The notes below the pieces were generated by a model. It was not told where the DNA came from. It ran no database searches and saw nothing but the letters and a program-made list of their open reading frames with translations. The position numbers were made by a program, and so were the translations under genes. A stretch of DNA of 63,704 bases, the filler included, from Octopus bimaculoides (Eukaryota): assembly GCF_001194135.2 (NCBI RefSeq). It is 4 parts of 4 records of this genome, joined end to end, with 100 filler letters (N's around TTAATTAATTAA, not from the genome) between each part and the next. Parts side by side here need not be neighbours in the genome. Positions count along the whole stretch, not along the records: positions 27,065 to 57,027 come from NC_069001.1; 3 more parts are not named here. One strand, given 5' to 3'. Positions 39,640-52,551 of this stretch are shown piece by piece. Numbering within the stretch: position 1 is the stretch's first letter; each line of letters begins with the position of its first letter.

Positions 39640-41384
39640 GCTGGGGTTGTTCAATGTTGATTTGGGGAACAAAAAACAAAAAGAACTTAGAATGTTGTAC
39701 TAAATGATTTGTGCTTATTTTAGAAATCGTTATTTTTATCATAAGTTATTGCATTTCTAAAAGTTTTTTTTTTCTTCTTCTTTCTGTGATTCATTAATGT
39801 TACATCTTGCAACCAACTAAAACAATGGAATTTACCTAATGGTAGCGTTCTTTTGAAACAAAATAATCTATATTTCGGCAAAATAAACAGAAATATATTT
39901 TCCTATTGTTGAATGATCAATGATGTTGAAGATAACACAGAGGTATAACACACAATATTGATTTACATTTCTGTCGTTACTTCTCATTGGTGGCGGTGGT
40001 GGTGTTGCAAATGGGTTAGGTTGTGTTTTACTGGTTCCCGGACTGTTTATGGTGTTTTATTTAGTTATTTCTTACTTTTCTCTTTTTTTTTTAGTTAATA
40101 TTTTGTTAGAAAAATATTCAAGATAAGAAACAACATTTTTACCGATTAACTCTTTATCGTTGATGGAAAACAAATGCTGTTGTTTAAACGTGATTTAGTG
40201 CTTCCTACTATGTTATTTATTTACAGATCGCCCTTGCAAATTGCGAAAGAATGTCAACGAATTGATGTTTCAATTGTTTCTACTGTTAGTTTATTTAATC
40301 TTCATATCTAAATTATGCTTTTTTTTCCCCCTGTTTTGACACAAGCGGAGACCTAACCGAGAATCCCCTATGATTAACAGCTTTCTAGCCGTGAAAATAC
40401 TATACCAGTTTCAATACATTGAACAATAAAAATGCTGCAATTCAGTATGTTATTCCACAGTCAATAAATAACGGCTTTGAATTGAAAATAAACGGTTGTT
40501 CTTTCTAACGTAGAGTCTCATCTGTGCCCATGTTTCTTACATTGATTTGGAACAGAATATTTCAACATTCTAAAATATTAGAAACAAATATGTTTCGTGT
40601 CCTTCATTTGCTCGTCGTGCACTTCTTAAAATTATATGTTTCTTCTATCAAACTTAAAACAGTTTCGTTTCTTTGAAATTTGCTTGTACACGCAAGACAA
40701 TATCCATACACTAAAAAACCCCAAAGGAGGAGTATCCTTTGTAGAACTTCAATTTCAATGAAGGATCATCATTCAATATTTTATCGTGGTAAAATGTATA
40801 CAACAAAAAAATATCATAAACCCAGTAATCAAGAAATGCGCGAAGAAGATTAAACCCAAACGAACTATATGTTTAATGAAGGACGACTTAGAACCAATAG
40901 TTTCAGTGTCATTAAACTTACGCATTCTACATTAAACTGTCAATCATCTCTATTAATCTTATTTCAATCATTCTCCAACGTACCTATGACTGTTAAGTCT
41001 TCCTTTTCCGAATACGTTATGTTATTAACTGCTCTGTAGAACATCAATAAAATGGTGGAACTCTGGATAGGTTTCCATAATTATATCCCCTCAGTCTCAC
41101 ACTGACAGGTTCGAAAATAAACATTTATAGGGTTGATGCTCGAACCTCATATATCATCACTTCACATAAATCTCATTTAGTCACATTATGCATTTATCCT
41201 TTCATTTCCTTCTAAAATTCATGGATGGTGCTCCTCTTGATCCGGATTCAGATCATTAGTTGACCAATGGTTCATCAAATGCTAGATTTCATGTAAAATA
41301 TAAAAAGTAATACAGCTCAATATTTCTCTTACTAATTAACGCATATATTTTGGGATTGATTTGATGGAATTACATCATGATTAT

Positions 41385-41520
41385 ACGGAAGGAAACATTG
41401 CACAGTCTACCTTGGTAGGAAACAGAAAACTGGCTGTTGCGTTACGAATTTCTGCATCACACAGCTTGATCACGCGTATTATAAAACCGTAACAACGAAA
41501 ATTATGTAAGATTGCAGCTG
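41385..41520 (-). mobile_element. Possible ancient CR1/L2 3'-terminal fragment
   Basis: NFRCYGFIIRVIKLCDAEIRNATASF..TKVD resembles the FF..RV..LWN.LP...A.S...FK..LD motif. Confidence 0.3.
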
Positions 41521-41877
41521 GATAAACAAGCTTAGATGTCGATGTTGATGTGCAGATGGTTAAATCAACAGATGCAGTATGACGCTTTAGATTCAATTCA
41601 GAGAGATTTCTCTACATTTCAGTCTCGTTATAAATGTTTAAGTAAATAAATTAATTGGAGTCATGTTGAGTATGATCATAGCGTCTCATCCAATAAACAC
41701 ACTCATATACACGTACACACATTAACACGTCCACAAGCAAGAACACATTCAAAGACACACACACAACACACAAGACATTCATAAACATGCAGAGTAAGAA
41801 ATATAGATATAACTATCAATCTAAACGCACGCACACATATATATCTTTATGCAAATATATATACTGACACATACATA

Positions 41878-41929
<52 letters not shown>

Positions 41930-41957
41930 CTGACACATACACACACACCTATATGTA

Positions 41958-42047
<90 letters not shown>

Positions 42048-42191
42048 TTTACACACACACATGTATACACACACACATATGTTTGTGGTCGTACCAATCT
42101 TTTGCTCTGTGAAATCCATACTTGTTGCAAAGTGTCCAATGGACAAGCCTGGCTATATTATCGTGGCGTTCGTCTCGTATTCCCACTGGGC

Positions 42192-42234
<43 letters not shown>

Positions 42235-42761
42235 TATTAGTATTATTAATAAAACAAGTAAAGGAATACATATGTATGTATGTATGTATGTATGTATAAG
42301 TGAGCGTATATATTTAAGGTCGCCTTGACAGTGTTATTTTTGTTCTTGCTGGTGCTTTTTTAAAAATATATCTACTCTTGTGTCCCCGACAATCTGATAA
42401 TTTGATTGATGGAAAATATTTTACATCGTATACCCAGAGAATTGAGAAAAATCTAACAGGATTTAATCGTGTTCCATCCAAAGTAGCGCCTGCACACGGC
42501 TGTTGCTGACAAAAATATCCAACTATGTAGTAATTCTGAAGAATTATATTCATAATGGTCAATGAAGATATTAAAAGCAGCAATTAAAACTGGTGTACGG
42601 TGCAGAAGAATATACTGTGACTACTATTGAATCAGGATAACCTCTCTCCTTGTGATAGTTGTGATCTTTGTGTCGGGGTGTGTGTGTGTGTGTGTTCGCG
42701 CGTGCCCATGTGTGTCTGAGTAAATGTGCTCTGTATGCATGTGTGCTCTTACACATTTAGT

Positions 42762-43133
42762 GAAGACGCGTGGCTTAGTGGTTTGAGGATTTGACTTCCA
42801 ATCGTAAGCTCGTGAGTTCAATTCAAGCCGACGCGTTGTGTCCCTGAGCTAGATATTTTATTTCACGTTGCTTCAGTCCACGAAGCTGGCAAAAATGAGC
42901 AGTACCTGTATTTCAAAGGGCCAGCCTCAGGACACACCGTGTCACGCTGAAAATCCTGGAGAACTTCGTTAAGGGTATAAGTGCTTGTGGAATGCACATC
43001 CACTTTCACGTTGTTCCGTTGATCGTCTGTTCCGTTGATCGGATCAAGTGGCTGTTCCGTTGATCGGATCAAGTGGCTGTTCCGTTGATCGGATCAACTG
43101 GAACCCTCGTCGTCGTAATCGACGGAGTGCCAC
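42762..43133 (+). mobile_element. tRNA-derived SINE, family C-related
   Basis: A box TGGCTTAGTGG, B box GAGTTCAATTC; body shared with 44257-44723. Confidence 0.8.
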
Positions 43134-43529
43134 AAATACACATTTATTTGCATATGTGTATCTATGCATGTATCTATAAGAGTGGGCGTCTGTGAATTTG
43201 CAGATATTTACGTACGTGTTAATATATGCATATAACCAAATCGTTGTTTATTTATAAAACCAAGATATAATTTAAATCAAACTATTACCAAAACCGCCAT
43301 TACAACCAGCTCTGGCATTATCAGGACCTTATCCCCCATATTCACCACATTTCTCATCGTAATTAGTTCATTAGTTCCAGCAGCTTTATCGCTTAAAGCC
43401 TGGTCATCATCACAGTAGTATGTGTCATTAAAATAATTAACATTCCTCTTTAGTGTTTCATATTTCTTCTTCATACATATTCCCAGTATTATCATAGATT
43501 TCATTTGCATCGACAGTATCACAATCATT

Positions 43530-43735
43530 AATATCTTCGTCGTCGTCATCATCATCATCGTCATCATCATCATCATCATCATCGTCGTCGTCGTCATCAT
43601 CATCGTCATCATCATCATCTTCATCATCATCACCTTCACACCATAATCAGCAGTACCACCACCGTCATCGTTATCTTCATCATCATCCAATTTTTTCGTA
43701 TTATTATTATTATTATTATTATTATTGTTGTTGTT
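43530..43735. repeat. Compound (ATC/GTC/ATT)n trinucleotide tract
   Basis: Direct repeat runs. Confidence 0.9.
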
Positions 43736-43737
43736 GA

Positions 43738-44150
43738 GTAAGAGAGCAGCGCATGCTATTAAAGTAATACAGGGATAAAATATAGGAATCTCAGTATAGC
43801 CATCATGACTAACTGTCTGATAAGGGTACACCATCCGCATGCATCACAACCAAATGTGTGCGAGGTGGTGATCTCATAACAAGGTAAACAGCGCATGAAC
43901 TTGCAAGAGGGCATCAGTTAGAATTTTCTTCAGGTCGAATAGACCACCCTGCTCAATGGTCCTTGAATAAACGTTGTTTCAGGATGTTGAACGCAACACC
44001 CATGTTTCCAGAGGTGAATCGTTCAAACCCTAAACAATTCGTCTCAACGCATGGTTATGATGTCCCCGCACTGCTTCTACTCTAGATCAGTGATGCGTTT
44101 ATCGTCAGCCAAGAAAGGGCATGCTGAACTGGTTAAGGTCAAATAATAGA
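43738..44150 (-). mobile_element. 3' UTR-only copy of the RLE LINE at 35340-36540
   Basis: Colinear similarity to 35340-35745, e.g. CATCATGACTA..GTCTGATAAGGGTACACC and CACCCATGTTTCCAG.GGTGAAT; ends at an (ATT/GTT)n tract. Confidence 0.8.
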
Positions 44151-44256
44151 CAAGCAATTATGTGTTACTGAGCAGAACTAGTACTACAATCATTAGTAGT
44201 AGTAGTGGTGGTGGTGGTGTTGGTAGTAGTAGTAGTAGTAGTTGTATTAGTAGTGT

Positions 44257-44723
44257 GGAGGCGCAATGGCCCAGTGGTTAGGGCAGCGGACTCGCTGTCA
44301 TAGGATCGCGGTTTCGATTCCCAGACCTGGCGTTGTGAGTGTTTATTGAGCGAAAACACAAATTTCCATAAAGCTCCAGCAGGGGATAGTGGCGAACTCT
44401 GCTGTACTCTTTCACCACAACTTTCTCTCACTTTTACTTCTTGTTTCTGTCGTGCCTGTAATTCAAAGGGTCAGCCTTGTCACACTGTGTCACGCTGAAT
44501 ATCCGCGAGAACTACGTTAAGGGTACACGTGTGTGTGGAGTGCTCAGCCACNNNNNNNNNNCAGCCTTGTCACACTGTGTCACGCTGAATATCCGCGAGA
44601 ACTACGTTAAGGGTACACGTGTGTGTGGAGTGCTCAGCCACTTGCACGTTAATTTCACGAGCAGGCTGTTCCGTTGATCGGATCGACTGGAACCCTCGAC
44701 GTCGTAAACGACGGAGTGCCAAC
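44257..44723 (+). mobile_element. tRNA-derived SINE, family C (full length)
   Basis: GGAGGCGCAATGGCCCAGTGGTTAGGGCAGCGGACTCG..GGTTTCGATTCCCAG head; ends ACGGAGTGCCAAC; inserted in an (AGT)n tract. Confidence 0.85.
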
Positions 44724-44891
44724 ACACACAACAACACAGTAGTAGTAGTAGTAGTAGTCGACTTGGCTCAAGATTGATCTTATTCCGGATAGAACTGAAA
44801 TGAAATGCAAAAGTGCACACACATTGTTGACTGATGTCTTGGCGTCACCTTGATATATGCCACTATGGCTTAGTAAAAGAAAACCTCCTCC

Positions 44892-44925
<34 letters not shown>

Positions 44926-45849
44926 TATGTTTTGTAAAGAGCATTTGTCAGTTTATATGTCAATATACTTGTAAATAGAACAATTAGATCAACTTTGATT
45001 AAGTAGTAAAGATAAAATTTGCAATGAGAGAAAAAACACTGTGGCACTTGGCTGCTTAGGTTGAGTCGACAGGTGGAAGTGGCTATGAATCAATAACGGA
45101 CAGTGTACGTAGAAGTTTGGTCAGCAACATATATCAACCAAATTTTATTGAAAGCATAATTGACACTCATGTTCAAAATCATACCTAAAGCTAAAGCATA
45201 CTACCGAATAAAGAAAGCCTGTGTAGTTACTACTAAACCATATCTAAACTTGTGACACTCAAGACCAGAACTGACCAGGATCTTAACGACAACGTCAGAA
45301 ACAATATACTATTTCGTGCAAAATCGACTATAAGGAAGATATTTATAATAAACATTTCACTTATTCTTAAATCTATAGAGAAGTATGCTTAAGCCGTTGG
45401 TATAAGTCAACGATCACATTTCCTTCTGTTGCTATATTCATGCAAAGCAGAGCACTAAACGCTTGAGTCATGGCAGAGACAAGCTGCCTGATTCAGCTAT
45501 ATTCGCGTTTCATGTTGCTGGCGGCTATTGCATGACGTCTGTATAACAGATTTAAGAGAACTGCTAGTAAAAATAGCACTGAAACGTAACAATAAGCGGA
45601 TGTAGCTTACAATTTCAACTATAGATATTCTACGTTATTGTATTTATTCCACCGATTTTATAGCTTATCATCATGATGCATCAGTGCTAACATATGTGAA
45701 TGTATGGGTATGCATATATATGCGTTGATACATTCATACATGCATCCACACATAAGACAGGGAAAGTGAAAGACAGGTGTATTTACTTTACACATATATA
45801 TACATATACATATATACATGTATATACATATATGCATGTATATACATAC

Positions 45850-45935
<86 letters not shown>

Positions 45936-46600
45936 ATACATATATAAATATCCATGTACACATATATGAATCTCTACTATGAATGGATCTTTCTCCCTCT
46001 CTCATTCTCTCCCCCTCTCTCTCTTTCTCTCTCTTTCTCTCTCTCATATTTACATTTGATATCTCATTGGATATGATACATTTACATAAGGTAGAAAGTG
46101 TTCACAGTTACAGGTTGCATCAGTAGATTTTGTGTCAAAGATAGTGGCGTCCTCGCTTATGTGAAATATCATTTTATCATGAGCTGTGACGTCAGAATTC
46201 ATTATGCTAATAAATTTGACAGCATTGTATATATGAATGTAGTCCTGGCCAGATCGAGAATTACTGGGTATAAATACATTAAATATAAAATATACTGAAT
46301 TGCCTTCAGGCACGGGAACACTTCTATTTATACTTAGTAACATTTTACGAAATACGTTTCTCGGTCTCATCGAACAGGCTGTGTACACCGAGCTAGTGGT
46401 CTATTAAAAGCTCTCACCTTTTCCAGGGCTGTCGCTGGTTCGATATCACTACTCAGAGATTTCTTCGCTTGGTGAATTTCTAAATGGGAAATGGAAAATG
46501 CATGAAATCCGTAAGGATATGTATATATATGTAAATATGTATGTATGTGAATACACATTACATGCATATAAGCATGTATGTATATAGATGTATATGCATG

Positions 46601-46639
<39 letters not shown>

Positions 46640-46736
46640 TTGTGTGTATATGTATGTATGTATACATGCGTCTGAGTGTATGTGATATATGTATGCATAT
46701 ATATGTGAGTGTATGCATACATAAATATATAGATGC

Positions 46737-46820
<84 letters not shown>

Positions 46821-47375
46821 ATTATTATCATTAGTGTTGTTGCTGTCGCTGTTGCTGTTTCATGACTTATAAGGACGATCACCCGCCCTCCTATGCGTAT
46901 AAGTAGCCAAGATAATAATATCCATTTGAACTAGACGGAATTCGTTACAGGTTTCGAGGACTGTATCTTGTAAATGGATAAGACAAGTCGATTATTTGGA
47001 TCCACGTATTTGTTTGATATATTATTTTATCAACCACGAAAAGAAAAACAAGCAAAGTTACTTTCGCCAGGATTTGAAATAATTACGGCAAGTGTCGTCA
47101 GAATTACGAATAAGCATTTTGCCCAACGTGCTAAAGATTCCGCAAAATTACCGCCATTTTACAGTAGTTATTTGGAGTCGAAAATCAAATGGAAAGTAAC
47201 TTTCTTTAGCAAGGATGATCTATATATTTGCTTTAATACTTTCCTGCCTATTTTGCTGTCATATTAATGGTAAAATATTGTTTATCGCTATGGAGAGCAA
47301 AAACGTTATTGTAAGCAGAAGACGATCACAAAGAAATAAGTAAATTTAAAAAAAAAATATTGCTGGGTTGGATTG

Positions 47376-47498
47376 TGACGTCAAGAAATTGCTTCACGAA
47401 TAACTGTTATGCTGTGTATTGTGACCTCAATTAATAGCTATATGAGTCATTGTTATGCCGTGAGGTCTAACGTCAATTATTACAAAAAGACCACGTCA
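47376..47498. promoter_or_regulatory. Cluster of CRE/AP-1-like bZIP motifs
   Basis: TGACGTCA 47376-83, TGACCTCA 47422-29, TGAGTCA 47443-49, AACGTCA 47469-75 and CACGTCA 47492-98, in sequence with no recognised repeat. Confidence 0.3.
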
Positions 47499-47752
47499 TT
47501 ATTTTAGTGCTAGCTTCTGAGAACAATTCCCCAATGTCTCAATCATGCTTCAATATTCATACAACGCGTTTTTAGTATTGTCATAATGATCTCGCCTCTC
47601 TGCCTTTCCCTCTACCTACACACGAGTGTGCGTGTATGCGTGCTTACGCGCGCATAAATAAATTTGTATGTATTAAAAAAATGCAAGTTACACATTTTCC
47701 GCAGTTCAAAAGCTATGATGATGATACCTATCTTTCTCTCTCCCTCTCCCTC

Positions 47753-47790
<38 letters not shown>

Positions 47791-47924
47791 AACCACCAAA
47801 TGGTATCCTTACGTGCTGAAGGTAGACGCCAAATATGAAAATAAATTGCAGTTCTTGGACTTTCGTTACACATACTGGCTACTGGTATAAATTGCTATTT
47901 TTTTAATAATAATGTTTACCCTCA

Positions 47925-47970
<46 letters not shown>

Positions 47971-48829
47971 ACATATATATAAATATATATATAAATTCTG
48001 CGTCATACAAATTTGAATTAATTTTCCTGTAAAGCTAGGCTTTATAGGACTCTCTCAGAAGCTTGATTGAACTCAAAGTTATCTTTCCTGTTTAACAATT
48101 CCTCCGAGGTTGCCTGAGTGTATCGGTGTACACCAACGTACATTTCAATAAATGCCCATCACCTATTATATGCGAATGGACATGCCAATCGAATGCTCAT
48201 TAATTTCCTATTCCAAGCCGATGAGAACGTTCTGAATGAGCCTCATACCACAGCAATCCTACACGCATATGTGTATACGTTGCCTGTATGTATTTATATA
48301 TATATATGTTCATTTTCCTTAGTTTTGCTCGTTCCTTGTTTGTTATCGCACAATTTACCATTTCTCTATTCAGATTTATGTTTATATTTTTATTTCTTAT
48401 ATTTCATATGCGTTTATTTCTATTCAGATTATTTCATTTTTCAATTATTTATTCGAGCATTTTGATTATTATGGCTTCGGGTATTTTTTTGCTTTGTATT
48501 TAATGGATTTACAGCTTCGATTCTCCCTCCTTCTCTCTTTCTCCCCCTCTCTCTCTCTCTTTCTCTCTCTCTCTCTTTTCGCCCCCCTCTCTTTCTCTCT
48601 CTCTCTCTTTCGCTCTTTCCAATTTAAAATGCATTTGTTTTATTCAGCAAATTGTATCTACGATACAATAGTTCAGGAATAGCAATATCAACGGATATTG
48701 CTATTCGTGAGCTGAGGGAATAATTAACTGTAAAGATTTCCTTTGGCCATTAAGAGAATAAAATTCAAATCCAAGATATCTAGGACATGAATTGCATTTT
48801 CTTTCTTATTATATCTATAATATTGGCTT

Positions 48830-49432
48830 CAGATGTTTGCTAACTGTGAGCAATTTTGTAGGACGGAGAATGGTCGATTACATCAACCTCAGTGCACAAC
48901 TGGTACTTACTTTATTGACCTCTTAAACATGAAACACGAACATGACCTTGGTGGAACCCAGAAAGTAAAGACAAAACACCGCTAAGAATTTTGCCCGGTG
49001 TCCTAACGATTCAACCACTTCGATGTATTTGATTGTATCGATAATATCGGTTTGAAATTTTGGCACAAAGTCGATTACATTGGCTCCAATTTTCAACTGG
49101 TACATATTTTATCGACCCTGACAACATTTGAACTCCGAACGGGAAATCGGAAGACGTACCACTAAATACTTTCCCGGCGCTGTAACCATTCCGTCAGCTC
49201 GACGCCTGAGCTTGTACCAATCATTTCAAGAAGGAAAATAAGCTGTTGAGCTGACAGAATCGTTAGCACGACGGAGAACATGCTTAAAGGCATTTCGTCC
49301 GTCTCCACCGCAGTCGAATTTGCCTTTCATCCTTTCAGTGTCGATAAAATAAGTACCAACCGATCACTTCCATCGATGAAATCGACTTACACCCTTCCCC
49401 AAAGCTGTTGGCCTTGCGCCAAAATTTCAAAC
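48830..49432. mobile_element. Cluster of three diverged SINE family B copies (two minus, one plus)
   Basis: Repeated GATTACATC..CTGGTAC..TTTATCGAC cores at about 48830-49020 (-), 49050-49208 (-) and 49240-49432 (+). Confidence 0.7.
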
Positions 49433-50194
49433 CGATTCTGATACTACTAATAGTCGTAGGAGGAGGAGAAAAGGGGGATAGTAAGAGCAGAAAATGGAAT
49501 TGCAAACGTAGGAAGGGGAGTAGATGGAGTACATATTTAATTACACAGGTAACTGAACAAGCGATGAATGTTTGTCCAGACCCCAACCCATTCGTTGCTT
49601 AAGTCCCAGATACTCAGAACATGAGTTTACTTCAGAACCATAATTCACACTCTGACATGAAGCGGTTAAAACGCATTTCTGTGCATGGACTCCTGATTGA
49701 CTGTGATTGCAGTCTTACGGTGCTTTCTTCTAACAACTAAATCTGCGTCCATTCAACAGTACATACGTACATACTAGTATAGACAAACACGCACATACAC
49801 ATGCGTATATATATGCACACACATACATATACATACGCATGAAAAACCAGAGGATTTAATCGGCATTGTTGGATGAACAAAAGAATGGATGTATCAATAA
49901 ACACATTAAAATCCCATTGGAGTCCACAAAGGATCCATTATATTTACATCAGGAATGTCTTTTTCTGTGATTTACTAGTTTTGATTCATACGGAATTTAC
50001 CGTAATTTTATTTCAATGGATTCCAAGACTTTATCAGATTTCTATTTAGATATTTCAGGAATATAAATGGGAAAAGATAGAGTATCAGCAATTCTTACAC
50101 TAATAAACTACCATACTACTCTACAGACACATCTATACAATTCACTTTATCTCTCCTTCTGTCATTTGTGCTCTGCCTCTCACTCCCTCAGTCA

Positions 50195-50232
<38 letters not shown>

Positions 50233-50280
50233 CTCTCTCCCTTTCTCATAATATCCGTTGAACTATGTCCCTATTTTCTC

Positions 50281-50330
<50 letters not shown>

Positions 50331-50664
50331 TTATGTATATATATGCTTATATTATACATTAGTACTTACACACAAATATGTATATACATATGCATATATA
50401 TATATGTATATATATATGTATATATATATGTATATATATATGTATATATATATATGTATATGTATATGTATTTGTATATGTATATATATATGTATATATA
50501 TGTATATATATATATGTATATATATATATATGTGTGTGTGTATGTGTGTATGTATATATATATATGTGTGTGTGTATGTATATATATATATATATATGTG
50601 TGTGTATATATATATACGTGTGTATATGTATGTATNNNNNNNNNNGTGTGTATATATATGTATC

Positions 50665-50711
<47 letters not shown>

Positions 50712-51321
50712 TTTGAATACACATGTTAGTACCTGCTCACACTTACATATACGAATATACTGATGCGTGTGCGTGGGTTGTGTCTGTATGAAAGTGCCAA
50801 TCAATTTCCCTGTATGCGTACTAGTGAATTCTGTGCTGGATAGCATAAACAACGAAGAAGAACAGCAAATGCATTTAGCGTTGCCATTAGAAACTTGAAA
50901 ATTTGCGATGCAATTCCACATGAGAACAGCTAAAGCGGTATTAAATTCCATCTTGGTGGTATTTAATAGCAACGATGAATCTTTACTCAAATCTCGAATA
51001 TGAAATTCGAAAATGATCTGAGCGTCGAATTACCTTCATTGCAAATCAAGTGACATCCTTGTATTATTCTATGTACTTACAAGCTTCATTCATCTCTATT
51101 TGACAGTGCATACGGATGCGCCCACGTACAAGAACACACACATTTCATATGTGTACACACACACAAGCAAAGTGAGAGACAGAGACATGTATATATGAGC
51201 ATAAGTATTTACAATATATGTGGGTTGTGTGAATATGTGTATCTCACTCTTTTGTTATATCTCTTCCTCCTACTCTCTCACCTCTCTATTTCTCTATCAA
51301 TATATCTACACACAGCATACA

Positions 51322-51697
51322 TTCTTTTACTTGTTTCAGTCATATGACTGCGACCATGAAGCCGCACCGTCTTTAGTCGAACAAATCTACCGTAGAACTT
51401 CTTCTTTGTCAGCTTAGTACTTATTCTATCGGTGTCTTTTGCCAAACCGCTAAGTTACGGGGGACAGAAACACAGCAACACCGGTTAACAAGTGATGATG
51501 GGGAGACAAAGACAGATACACACACACATTTATACGACGGGCTTCTTTCAGTTTCAGACTACTAAATCCACTCACAAGTCTTTTGTCTGCCCGAGGCTAT
51601 AGTAGAAGGCACTTGCGCAAGGTGTCACGCATTAGGACTGAATCCGGAACCATGTGTTTAATGAGCAAGCTACTTATCACACAGCTACTCCTACGCT
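51322..51697 (-). mobile_element. SINE family A (full length)
   Basis: Colinear with 9247-9620. Confidence 0.85.
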
Positions 51698-51704
51698 TAT
51701 GTAT

Positions 51705-51745
<41 letters not shown>

Positions 51746-51987
51746 ATTATTTATTAATTTATTTATTTATAGCTGTGTATATATGTATATGTGTGTGTAA
51801 ACCCCACCACCATCACAGTTTGATAACAGGTTTTGATGTGTTTGTGTCCTCATAAGTGGTTTGGCAACAGAGTTCGAGAGAATGAGTACCAGGTTTAAGA
51901 AAATAAGTACTGGATTACTAATTTATCCACCCGCAAATGATGAAAGCAAATCCGACCTCGGTGGCATTTCAGATCAGAACATAAATA

Positions 51988-52220
51988 AGGCAGCGAGCTA
52001 GCAGAAACGTTAGCACGCCGGGCGAAATACTAAGCGGTATTTCGTCTGCTGTTATGTTCTGAGTTCAAATTCCGCCGAGGTCGACTTTGACTTTCATCCT
52101 TTCGGGGTTGAGAAATTAAGTACCAGTTAAGTACTGGGGTCGATGTCATCGACTTAATCCCTTTGTCTGTCTTTTGTTTGTCTCCTCTATTTTTAGCCCC
52201 TTGTGGGCAATAAAGAAATA
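51988..52220 (+). mobile_element. SINE family B (full length, little diverged)
   Basis: AGGCAGCGAGCTAGCAGAAACGTTAGCACGCCGGGCGAAAT..GAGTTCAAATTCCGCCGAGGTCGACTTT..CTTTCATCCTTTCGGGG. Confidence 0.9.
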
Positions 52221-52242
52221 AAGAACAAATAAGGACGAAATA

Positions 52243-52462
52243 CCTATTCCTTTACTGCCCACAAGGGGCTACACACAGAGGGGACAAACAAGGACAGCCA
52301 AACGGATTAAGTCGATTATATCGACCCCAGTGCGTAACTGGTACTTAATTTATCGACCCCGAAAGGATGAAACGCAAAGTCGACCTCGGCGGAATTTGAA
52401 CTCAGAACGCAGTGGCAGACGAAATACCGCTAAGCATTTCGCCCGGCGTGCTTACGATTCTC
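52243..52462 (-). mobile_element. SINE family B (inverted relative to neighbour)
   Basis: Reverse complement of 51988-52220. Confidence 0.9.
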
Positions 52463-52496
52463 TCTCTTCGCTGTCATAATGATGATGATGATGATG

Positions 52497-52551
<55 letters not shown>

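Noticed and set aside
44472-44641. Exact 80-bp direct duplication within the SINE
   Set aside because: The two copies flank a 10-N gap exactly, typical of an unmerged contig overlap.
48218-48240. CCGATGA-GAACGTTC-TGAAT hammerhead-like start
   Set aside because: No GAAA, an implausibly short helix II, and no helix III/cleavage triplet with matching helix I.
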